In this document: in pieces, positions 37,692 to 45,982 of the stretch | Numbering within the stretch: the first letter of the stretch is position 1 | Layout of the letters: each line of letters opens with the position of its first letter | Source: an uncultured Methanosarcinales archaeon | GTDB lineage: Archaea; Nanobdellota; Nanobdellia; Woesearchaeales; CAYPCY01 | Direction of reading: 5' to 3' | Length of the DNA: 45,982 nucleotides | Assembly (NCBI GenBank): GCA_964409385.1 | Contig: CAYPCY010000004.1 | Span: 1 to 45,982 of the forward strand | Notes under the pieces: model-generated | What the model saw: the letters and a program-made list of their open reading frames with translations, nothing else | The model's database searches: none | Told to the model about the DNA's origin: nothing | Made by a program: the position numbers and the translations under genes

Positions 37692-38518
37692 ACTGTAATA
37701 ACTGTAATAAAAGGGCGGTATTGCTCAAACCAAGATTATGCGAGGAACATTTTATTGCTTATTTTGAAGGGAAAGTCTTTGAAGAGATTAATAATGAGAA
37801 TATTATTGGAGAAATAACTGTTGCTTGTTCTGGAGGAAAGGATTCAACAACAATTCTCTATTTACTTCATAAATTCGGCATTAAAGTTAAAGCGTTGGCA
37901 ATAGATGAAGGAATTAAGGGTTATAGAAATGAAAGTCTAGAAAGTTTGAAAAAGTTTTGTTCTGATTTGGGTGTTGAGTTGGAAGTTTTTAGTTTTAAAA
38001 ATGACTTTGGAAAAACACTTGATGAAATAATGAAGGTTAAGATTCATTCTTGCAAATACTGTGGTGTTTTGAGAAGAAATTTATTGAATAAACACGCTAC
38101 TAATTTATTGGCTACAGGACATAATTTAGATGATGAAAGCCAAGCTGCATTCATGAACTTAGTTAGTGGTAGGAAAGAACTATTTCCTGGTGGTAAGAAA
38201 GAGATTAAGAATCTTGTTAGAAGAATAAAACCTTTGAAATACTGTACTGAAAAAGAAGTTATGACTTATTCCTTTTTGAAGAATTTTCCTGTAGATTTTA
38301 ATGAATGTCCAAACTTAAAAAATTCACAAAGGGAGAAAATAAGAGATTTATTGAATTCGTTAGAGGTTGAAAAGCCTGGTACTAAGGAGAATATTTTAAG
38401 AAGATTTGAAAGCATAAATATTAAGAAGGATGGAAAGATTAAGTTTTGTAGGATTTGTAATAATCCAACACGCAGAGAAGTTTGTAATGCTTGTAATATT
38501 ATAGAGGAGATAAAATGA
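37688..38518 (+). CDS. ttuA: tRNA thiolation enzyme, TtuA/NcsA (TIGR00269-like) family
   Basis: CNNC..CEEH, PP-loop SGGKDS, CKYC, GHNLDD, ECP, C-terminal CRIC..CNAC. Confidence 0.88.
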   Translation: MNCNNCNKRAVLLKPRLCEEHFIAYFEGKVFEEINNENIIGEITVACSGGKDSTTILYLLHKFGIKVKALAIDEGIKGYRNESLESLKKFCSDLGVELEVFSFKNDFGKTLDEIMKVKIHSCKYCGVLRRNLLNKHATNLLATGHNLDDESQAAFMNLVSGRKELFPGGKKEIKNLVRRIKPLKYCTEKEVMTYSFLKNFPVDFNECPNLKNSQREKIRDLLNSLEVEKPGTKENILRRFESINIKKDGKIKFCRICNNPTRREVCNACNIIEEIK

Positions 38519-38967
38519 CCAGTATAATAGTGCCTAAAAAACTAGAGAAGGAAGCATTGAAAGTTTATGACAAAGTAGTTAATGTTAATTTTGTAGAAGG
38601 GAATAGGAAAAATTTTGATAATAGAAAAAAATGTTATTTTAAAAATTTAGAATTGATAGAGAAGAAAGACTCTTTTCATTACAGAAGAGGAGGATTAAAT
38701 CAAATACTTTGTAGGTTGGCAGCGCGTCAGGGTAAGATAGTGTTTTTTAATTTGAATTTGTTAAAGGAGGGAAAAGGATTTTCTAGAGAGGTTTTAATAG
38801 GTAGAATGAAACAAAATATTTGGTTGTGTAGAAAGTTTAAAGTACAAATGAAAGCAGGATTTTTTCCTTCTGTTAAAGAAGAAATAAAGAATCCTGAAGA
38901 TGTTAAAGGTTTGTTAATAATTCTTGGAATGACCGCATTAGAAGCTAAGAATGCATTAGAGTTTTAA
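38515..38967 (+). CDS. rnp3: RNase P subunit Rpp30-like protein (short)
   Basis: RRGGLNQILCRLA, IGRMKQNIWLCRKFKV, LGMT..EAK. Confidence 0.7.
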   Translation: MTSIIVPKKLEKEALKVYDKVVNVNFVEGNRKNFDNRKKCYFKNLELIEKKDSFHYRRGGLNQILCRLAARQGKIVFFNLNLLKEGKGFSREVLIGRMKQNIWLCRKFKVQMKAGFFPSVKEEIKNPEDVKGLLIILGMTALEAKNALEF

Positions 38968-39017
38968 CAGAAAATTTAAATAGTAATTCTAAGTAAAACT
39001 CTTATTGAGGGTAATTC

Positions 39018-42000
39018 ATGAATAAAAGAGGCTTGTTATTATTATTAGTTCTGTTGTTAGTTAATGCTGTTTTTGGATTTGTAGATTATGCAGATAAATA
39101 TTCCTGTCATTCTAACGGAGGCTTGTTTTGTGATAATTTTGAAAGTAATAAATGTGCAATGATAGATGATTTAACAGATTCTTTAAACACTATTGATTGT
39201 AGAATTTCTAGTAATTATTATGTTGATGTTGATAATGGTTTAGGAAATAATATTCTTTATTTCAACAGATTAATTTTTGATTCTGGAGCTAGTATTCATT
39301 TTGTAGATTCTGGAGCTGGAGAAGGACTAATTGATTATGGATTTTATTGTGATACTGGAGATCAAATTTGTTATGGTGAAGGAGGAAATGGAGGGGATCA
39401 AGAAGATCATGGTGGTGATGGTGGAAAGGGAGGAACTGGTGGGATTTTAGGTTTTCATGGGGGTTCTGGTGCACATGGACAAAATTTTGATGAAGGTGGA
39501 GATGATGGTGATGGTTGTGATGAAGGTGGCGATGCAGGAGGAGGCACAGGTAATAAACCTTCAGGGGCTACAATTGGTATAATTGCTTTTCAGATTGAAA
39601 TTTCTGATGAAGTCACAATTTCTGTTGAGGGAGTTACTGGTGGCACTGGTGATAATGGTTGTATGGATACTGACGGATACAATGCTGGAAGTGGTGGTGG
39701 AGGTGGTGGAGGTGGTTCTGGCGCAGGAAAATTATTTGTTGTTGCGACTGAACTTGTTGGTGATCAGCAAGGAATAAACAGTGCTTTGAACCTGGTTGCA
39801 AAAGGAGGTAAAGGAGGAGCTGGCGGTGATGGAGAAGATGGTCCTTGGAATAATGAAGGTGGTGGTGGGGGTGGTGGAGGTGGTGGTGAAGGAGGGAAAG
39901 TATATTTTTCTGTAGAAACTTCAGAAGTAACTCATTCTTTGATTGTGAACGAAGGTGCAGGCGGAGGGGGTGGTAACGGATATAGCAACGCTATTAATGG
40001 TGGAACTGGCGAAGGTGGTCCTAGTGGAGAAGCATTCGGTCCTGGTGAATGGGAACTTTCAGAATTAGAAGGTGCGTTTGGAGTTAGTATTAAAGAAAAT
40101 TATTTTGGAAGTCCTTATTTTGTTTGTAATGATGGAATAGATAATGATGGTGATGGAAATACAGATATGGCTGATGAAGATTGTTATGAAACTTCCGCAA
40201 ATGAATTAGGTTGGGAAACAGAAGCTCATAATTTAGCAGCTGATTGGTTTGATGCTTCTTCAAATACTGGAGCGGATGGTGTTTGTGGAGATGATGCAGG
40301 AGATGCTAGTTGTATAGGTTCTTTATATTGTCCTTCAATTCCAAATGATGAATGTGGGGATTTTGAGGGGTGTTCATTAACGGGGGGAGCAACAAGTTGT
40401 GATTCTTTATGGAATGATGAATTTGATTGTTTGAGCCAGGAAGGTTGTTCATGGGAATGGCAAGATTCTTACTGTAGTGGTTTCTTATGGAGTGATTCAG
40501 TATGTGCAGTTTTTGGTTCTGATCTTTGTGGTTTACCTGTTTGTTTGTGGATTTCTGGTCATAATGATTGTGTGGGAACTGCTAATTCTTGTGAGGATAA
40601 TGTTAATCAGATAGGTTGTGAATGTACAGGTAGTCCATCATGCGATTCTTTTGATAATTGTTATGATGAGTATGGTTGTAATTATATTAATGAAGGAGAT
40701 GATTTTGCTTATGTCGATCCAAACGGAACTTACTTTTGTAATTATAGAGATACAGATGATGATGACTCTCCAGAATGGACTTGGGAAAACTCGCAAGTTT
40801 CTCCTTCAGGGACTACTTTTAATATAAATGATCACAAAGAGCATATAATAACAAATTCTCAAAAGTGGTTTGTTTGTGATGCTAATTCTTCAACATCACT
40901 GACTTATTTTAATGGAACAATTTATGATTCTATGATTGAAGAGTTTGGAACCTTTACTGATCCTTCAGGGTTGCATTTTAACATGAAAACTTGTTTGGAT
41001 GCTCTTCATGAATTAACAGAATTTGAAAGTTTTGGATATTGTGAAGATTTATATGGTGATAGTTATGATTATGCTTCTTGTTGTGAAAAAGCCGCGTTTT
41101 TTTCAGTTGATGATCCGGATGGATTTGAGAGTGTTTGTAGTGGTTTTTGTTTTGATGTTTTAGGAGATACTTTAGCAACATCTTCAGAATTTGGTCAAGA
41201 TTTATGTGATTTTGAACAATTTAGCAGTTTACTTTATTGTACAGAAAATGAAGTTGGTTTAGACGCTAATTCTGTTCTTTTAGAATTATGTGGTTTTGAT
41301 CTTGCAGGTTGTTTAAGTCAAACATTAGATCCTTTTATTTCTTGTGAAGAGCAAGGATTTAGTTCCTTTGATATTTGTAGTGAAGAAAAACCTATATGTT
41401 CTGGAGCTTTGATTTATTCTATTGAGGAAGGTAGTTCAGATCCAGAACAGACATGTTGTGTTAGTAATTCTGAAGAAGTTACTTGTTCAGACTCTTCGAG
41501 TATAATAGATGAGGATTCTTGTTTGAATAATGAAGGCACAGTATATGATATTAATGACGGGTATTGTTCTCCACCAGCATTTGCAATAACCTTGCCTAGT
41601 GGAGATTCTTGTTGTTTTGGAACTTATGTTCCTTCACTAGATTTATATCAAACTGAAAGTGCGGATAAATTTATTTGTTATAAAGGAAATTTGGACACTA
41701 CTGGAAATAATTTAATTGCAGAATGTTGTTTTGATGATTATTGTTTAAATAATCAAGAGTTAATATTTGGAACTGATCGTAATTTCAGAGGACCAGGTTC
41801 TGATCTTCATGAAATTTCCAAATTCGACTTGTTTGATGCTACTACAGGCCAATTTCAGAATTACGGGAAACGATTGAAGACAAACAATGCTCAAACAGGA
41901 CTGATTATTAGTTCAGCTAATTTAAGAACCACGAATTGGGAAGGATTCAATATTTTAGAATTTGATGTTGGTTTTAATAGTGCAGATTATTTTGAAATTT

Positions 42001-42242
42001 ACTTAACTGATTCTAATGGAGAGCATTCTCTTGGAAAATTAAGTAATTATTTAGTAACAGGATCTCAACCTTACAGATGGCAGAAAGCAATGATTATTCT
42101 TCCTTTAACAGATGGTTCTGTAAGTATTGATTATTCATCAATTGAAAACATAAAGATTATGCCAACTCATTTACCTGGTGATTACTTGGCTCAAATAATC
42201 ATCGATGATTTTTCACTTTCTAGAATGGAGGTGTTAGAATGA
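39018..42242 (+). CDS. Large secreted acidic Gly/Cys-rich surface protein
   Basis: Signal peptide; GGxGG-rich segment; CNDGIDNDGDGNTDMADEDC Ca-binding-like motif; CxW repeats; C-terminal CBM-like beta-sandwich. Confidence 0.85.
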   Translation: MNKRGLLLLLVLLLVNAVFGFVDYADKYSCHSNGGLFCDNFESNKCAMIDDLTDSLNTIDCRISSNYYVDVDNGLGNNILYFNRLIFDSGASIHFVDSGAGEGLIDYGFYCDTGDQICYGEGGNGGDQEDHGGDGGKGGTGGILGFHGGSGAHGQNFDEGGDDGDGCDEGGDAGGGTGNKPSGATIGIIAFQIEISDEVTISVEGVTGGTGDNGCMDTDGYNAGSGGGGGGGGSGAGKLFVVATELVGDQQGINSALNLVAKGGKGGAGGDGEDGPWNNEGGGGGGGGGGEGGKVYFSVETSEVTHSLIVNEGAGGGGGNGYSNAINGGTGEGGPSGEAFGPGEWELSELEGAFGVSIKENYFGSPYFVCNDGIDNDGDGNTDMADEDCYETSANELGWETEAHNLAADWFDASSNTGADGVCGDDAGDASCIGSLYCPSIPNDECGDFEGCSLTGGATSCDSLWNDEFDCLSQEGCSWEWQDSYCSGFLWSDSVCAVFGSDLCGLPVCLWISGHNDCVGTANSCEDNVNQIGCECTGSPSCDSFDNCYDEYGCNYINEGDDFAYVDPNGTYFCNYRDTDDDDSPEWTWENSQVSPSGTTFNINDHKEHIITNSQKWFVCDANSSTSLTYFNGTIYDSMIEEFGTFTDPSGLHFNMKTCLDALHELTEFESFGYCEDLYGDSYDYASCCEKAAFFSVDDPDGFESVCSGFCFDVLGDTLATSSEFGQDLCDFEQFSSLLYCTENEVGLDANSVLLELCGFDLAGCLSQTLDPFISCEEQGFSSFDICSEEKPICSGALIYSIEEGSSDPEQTCCVSNSEEVTCSDSSSIIDEDSCLNNEGTVYDINDGYCSPPAFAITLPSGDSCCFGTYVPSLDLYQTESADKFICYKGNLDTTGNNLIAECCFDDYCLNNQELIFGTDRNFRGPGSDLHEISKFDLFDATTGQFQNYGKRLKTNNAQTGLIISSANLRTTNWEGFNILEFDVGFNSADYFEIYLTDSNGEHSLGKLSNYLVTGSQPYRWQKAMIILPLTDGSVSIDYSSIENIKIMPTHLPGDYLAQIIIDDFSLSRMEVLE

Positions 42243-44665
42243 GAATACTTCTTTTCTTGTTTGTAGTATTAATGGTTTCTTTTGTAATTGCTGCTGAAGA
42301 GCCAGATTGTAATTGTGATCTCGGATCTAACTCTTGCGGGTCTGGATTTGTTTGTAATTATGATAATAATTGTGATGTTGGAATTGGAACTTGTACTCAG
42401 TCTTCAGGAAGTCAATGTGATCCTGCTTCTGAATGTTGTAATACTGTTGGTTATTATCAAGAACAAGGAACTCATTGTGATATTATAGGAAGTTATGTTT
42501 GTGGAGTTGAAGATTCTGATATTCCAGGAGGGGTTCTTCAAGGGAGTGGTTGTGGTAATGATGTTTTTTGGAAGTATAAATATAAGACTTGTAATTCAGT
42601 AGGGCAATGTGTTGGTTCTTATTCAGAATGGGAGTTTAGTTTTTCTCAATCTTGTCCGAGTAGTTCTTTTTGTGATGCTGAAATAACTAGTTGTGTTTCA
42701 GGAAGTTCAATTCAAGAAATAGAATGTAATAATATAGATGAGAATTGTAATGGGATGGTTGATGATACTTTAAGTGTTGGTCAAGTATGTGGGGAAACAA
42801 CAAATGTTGGAGAGTGTTCTACAGGAATTAATGAGTGTAGTGGTAGTTCTTTAACTTGTGTTGGTGATGTTTATGCTTCAGATTCTGATTCTTGTGGTGA
42901 TGGTATAGATACTAATTGTGACGGTACTGATGGTTTTCTAGAAACTTGTGATGGTATAGATAATGATTGTGATGGTAGTGTTGATGAAGGACTTACTGGA
43001 ACAGATAATTTAGTTAATGCACTTGGTGATTGTGTAGCTGTTGAAACTACTTGTTATGATGGTAATTATGGTTATGATACTGAATTGTATTCAGAACCTT
43101 CAACTGAGGAAGTTTGTTATGATGGTATAGATAATAATTGTGTTGGGGGTATTGATGAAGGTTGTGACTTTAGTTTAATTACAGATGATTATACAGGACA
43201 GGTTCCTTCTGATAATAGATATTGTACTGGATCTTATGGTGGTTATTGGATTGATGATTTGAATCCTGCTGCAGATACTGATTTTGAAGACTTTACTCAG
43301 TATGGCCAGTATAAGTTTGCTTGTGAAGCTCAAGGAAGTTTTTACTGGAGTGGAAAGAAATGTTGTGGTAGTAATACTAAATTCTATTATGATACTACTG
43401 AAACTACAGGAACTAACGGTTCAATAATTTTATTTAAGGAATACTTTGCTGATGATCTTGCGGGTTGTTTTAGGGGAAAGCCAGTACCTAATGATTGGAC
43501 TGTTGGAAAGGCAGTAAATAATGAAATGTATGATGATTTGTTATTCTTTAATTCTTCATTTATTGGTTGTGATACTGAAGGAAAATATTCTAGTTTGAAT
43601 GTTCAGTATCATCCAAATAATGTTTTGGAATCTGATTTAGTTACTGAAGAGGTTGACTCTTCTGCAATTCGTGGAAATTGGGCTTGTATTGGTAATGAGT
43701 GGAGGGCTTTTGATGACATTCCAAAAATTAGAATAATAGCAGGGGCATTGATTAAAGAAGTTGAAGATCAAGATTATTACTTGTTCTGTGATGATGAGAA
43801 TGAGTATGTAGTTTCTGATTATACAGAAGCATATTCTGGTTTAATGCAGAATGGATCTTGCCTGATGAATATTTTAGATTCTGATGTTACGGCTTTCGGA
43901 TTTGGATTTGAAGAGTATGTTGACTTTCAAGAAATAATGGAATTAATGGGCTTGGATACTTCTGTTTGTGATAATGTTGATGAAGGTAGTGATTCAGATC
44001 ATAAGTTCTTTTCAAAATGTTCAGATGGTGATTTAACTGTGTTCATAAGGAAAGACTTTGGCGTTGGAGTTGTTGCAAATGGTGATATTACACCTCAAGA
44101 CTTCTTCCTAGTAGATATGTGGAAGGCATTTGTTGGATTTATTAAAGGAATATTATCTTCTTTAGGGTTTGATGTTGGAGGAGTTACTGAATATGATGTT
44201 CCTCTGACGGGAGTTATTACAATACTTGGAGAGACGGGAGGGAAGACTCCAGATAATTACAACAAATTCTATTCTGCAAAGGTAGGAATTAATAACATAA
44301 GTGCTTATTCCTTTAAAGCGGAAGGTTTGAATGATGATGGAGAATATAATTATGATGTTTATGCAACTTATGGAGTGTTAGAAGACCTTTGCGAATCAGC
44401 AATACAAGATTGTACTTATGAATGTGGTGTTGCAAGGGTTGAAATAACTTCAACTTATGATGCTAGAGTATTATGGCAGGATTTAACGAGTAAGACAAGA
44501 CTGCAAGAAGTTGGAAGTTATATTTTAGGATGTACAGATTCAGAAGCTAGTAATTATGATGTTGATGCTACTATTGATGATTGTAGTTGTGATTATCCTA
44601 CTAGTGGAGGGCCAGGAGAAGATGTTCCTGATGATTTTTCACAAGGTGGAATGGGACCTTCATAA
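42239..44665 (+). CDS. Secreted Cys-rich protein with repeated CDGIDNDCDG metal-binding motifs
   Basis: Signal peptide; four C(N/G/D/Y)..IDxNC/DC repeats; C-terminal GCTDSEASNYD..ATIDDCSC; ATGA overlap with upstream gene. Confidence 0.85.
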   Translation: MRILLFLFVVLMVSFVIAAEEPDCNCDLGSNSCGSGFVCNYDNNCDVGIGTCTQSSGSQCDPASECCNTVGYYQEQGTHCDIIGSYVCGVEDSDIPGGVLQGSGCGNDVFWKYKYKTCNSVGQCVGSYSEWEFSFSQSCPSSSFCDAEITSCVSGSSIQEIECNNIDENCNGMVDDTLSVGQVCGETTNVGECSTGINECSGSSLTCVGDVYASDSDSCGDGIDTNCDGTDGFLETCDGIDNDCDGSVDEGLTGTDNLVNALGDCVAVETTCYDGNYGYDTELYSEPSTEEVCYDGIDNNCVGGIDEGCDFSLITDDYTGQVPSDNRYCTGSYGGYWIDDLNPAADTDFEDFTQYGQYKFACEAQGSFYWSGKKCCGSNTKFYYDTTETTGTNGSIILFKEYFADDLAGCFRGKPVPNDWTVGKAVNNEMYDDLLFFNSSFIGCDTEGKYSSLNVQYHPNNVLESDLVTEEVDSSAIRGNWACIGNEWRAFDDIPKIRIIAGALIKEVEDQDYYLFCDDENEYVVSDYTEAYSGLMQNGSCLMNILDSDVTAFGFGFEEYVDFQEIMELMGLDTSVCDNVDEGSDSDHKFFSKCSDGDLTVFIRKDFGVGVVANGDITPQDFFLVDMWKAFVGFIKGILSSLGFDVGGVTEYDVPLTGVITILGETGGKTPDNYNKFYSAKVGINNISAYSFKAEGLNDDGEYNYDVYATYGVLEDLCESAIQDCTYECGVARVEITSTYDARVLWQDLTSKTRLQEVGSYILGCTDSEASNYDVDATIDDCSCDYPTSGGPGEDVPDDFSQGGMGPS

Positions 44666-44715
44666 AAGCAAAATTTATATACGAAATAAATCAGGGATTT
44701 ATCGGTATTAAAACC

Positions 44716-44725
44716 TTTTTTTTTT
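44716..44725 (+). terminator. Oligo-T terminator
   Basis: T10 tract about 50 bp after the stop, preceded by a weak hairpin. Confidence 0.55.
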
Positions 44726-44814
44726 CAAAAGTTACTAAACACAAGATGTTTAGAACTTAGAAATTCGTTGTATTTCGCAAGTTTTAAATAGTAATTAATA
44801 AAAGGTAAATAATA

Positions 44815-45982
44815 ATGGGTATGGGTGTAAGATATTCAAAGCTTTTAATTTTAAGTTTTTTCTTAGTAGTACTTGCTAGTTTTTCGTTGGCAAATTATTG
44901 TTACCAGTTTGATGGTAATCAGACTGCTTGTCAATCTGGAAATGCTAGCACTCTTTGTTATTGGCATCAAGAATGGGGTCAGGGACTTTGTGATCCTGTA
45001 GGTTGTGAAATGTTTAATACTAATGCTGCTTGTGATAATGCAACGGAAGCAGGTTGCTTTTGGGATAGTACTTATAATTATTGTCATGAGTTAGAATGTT
45101 GGGCTTTTGATGGTAATTCAAGTGGGTGTGCTAATGATACTGCTGCATTGGGTCTAGATTGTTCGTGGAGTTCTCCTTACTGTAATGAAAACTTCCATTC
45201 TTGTGATTATTATAATTCTACTTCAGAATGTTTTGATACTAACTGGTGTGAATGGAACGGAACTGGTTGTCAAGATCCAGGAGGTAGTTTTGGTGGTGGG
45301 GATGGTGTTGGTTGTTTTATGTTTGGTGAAGAAGCTTTTTGTAATAATGTGACTGGTTGTAGTTGGGGTAGTGGTAGTTGTGGAGGTAGTGGTTCTGGAG
45401 TAACTTGTGAATCAATAAATGAATCAAGCTATTGTAATTCAGCACCTTTCATGGATACTTGTTGTTCTTGGCAGGGAACTACTTGTAATGCTACTTTTTC
45501 AACTAGTTGTTGGGATAGTATGCAAGAACCTCCTGATGGGGGTTATTTCTGTGAGGATTATGTTGCTATAGGTAATGAGACAGTATGTAATCAAATAGCG
45601 GGTACTCCTTGGTATATGCCTTGTGCATGGGATAATGTTACTAATGAATGTGGTTTTAATGCAGATGAGTATTTTACTGGGTTTGATTCTCATTTTGAAG
45701 ATATAGATAGTAAATCAACTTGTGAAGCTGCAGGCGGGCTTTGGATGGAAGAAACATTTGTTGATTTCCAAGGTAATTTACAACAGGATCAATGGTGTGA
45801 AATGGGCTTTGGTGTCGCTTTCGAAAGTTGTGAAAGTAGTTGTTGGGCTTGTGAATTTAATGATACTGGTGGTGCTTGGGGTTCTTCAGCACTGGCAAAA
45901 TCAGCTTGTGAAGGTTCTGGATTAGGTTATTGTGAGTTCACAACTGATGCTAATGCTTTTAACGGATTTGGTTGGTGTGATA
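44815..45982 (+). CDS. Secreted Cys/Trp-repeat glycoprotein (3'-truncated by window edge)
   Basis: Manually translated open frame with no stop to the end: MGMGVRYSKLLILSFFLVVLASFSLA signal, then C..F....C......C.W....C repeats; absent from the ORF track. Confidence 0.88.
   Translation, partial: MGMGVRYSKLLILSFFLVVLASFSLANYCYQFDGNQTACQSGNASTLCYWHQEWGQGLCDPVGCEMFNTNAACDNATEAGCFWDSTYNYCHELECWAFDGNSSGCANDTAALGLDCSWSSPYCNENFHSCDYYNSTSECFDTNWCEWNGTGCQDPGGSFGGGDGVGCFMFGEEAFCNNVTGCSWGSGSCGGSGSGVTCESINESSYCNSAPFMDTCCSWQGTTCNATFSTSCWDSMQEPPDGGYFCEDYVAIGNETVCNQIAGTPWYMPCAWDNVTNECGFNADEYFTGFDSHFEDIDSKSTCEAAGGLWMEETFVDFQGNLQQDQWCEMGFGVAFESCESSCWACEFNDTGGAWGSSALAKSACEGSGLGYCEFTTDANAFNGFGWCD

Noticed and set aside
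39370..40030. GGT/GGA-rich DNA as a tandem repeat or G-rich element
   Set aside because: Fully explained by Gly-rich coding sequence with mixed synonymous codons
44863..45925. Short track ORFs at the right end (44863-45087, 45499-45693, 45722-45925)
   Set aside because: Lie within the long open + frame starting at 44815

Overview
AT-rich archaeal chromosomal segment. Gene content, compact operons and conserved hypothetical families suggest a DPANN archaeon, probably Woesearchaeota/Pacearchaeota-like; this is an inference, as there is no rRNA in the window. The left end holds a candidate replication origin (three ORB-like boxes and an AT-rich stretch) directly upstream of cdc6/orc1-DP1-DP2; DP2 carries a 464-aa LAGLIDADG intein ending in Gln. 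Next come a PRC-barrel protein, RFC-S and a five-gene minus-strand envelope cluster (pilin-like class III signal-peptide protein, membrane protein, three paralogous lipoproteins). A housekeeping block follows: pelota, NAC, Sec61beta, Hjc, RNase Z, EndA, FEN1, Trm5, PAN, aIF2-beta, RPA-like, MCM, TBP. After it lie a regulator-sufB-sufD-sufS-sufU-sufC operon, a glutaredoxin, a THUMP/SAMP/TtuA/Rpp30 tRNA-maturation operon, and three large secreted Cys-rich surface proteins. Features missing from the ORF track: Sec61beta (19176-19334), a 37-aa membrane peptide coupled to DP2, a 3'-truncated Cys-rich ORF at the right edge, and a 74-nt box C/D-like guide RNA with non-canonical, co-varying boxes whose D' guide points to the 23S A-loop U2552. 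No tRNA, rRNA, CRISPR array or IS element was recognised.
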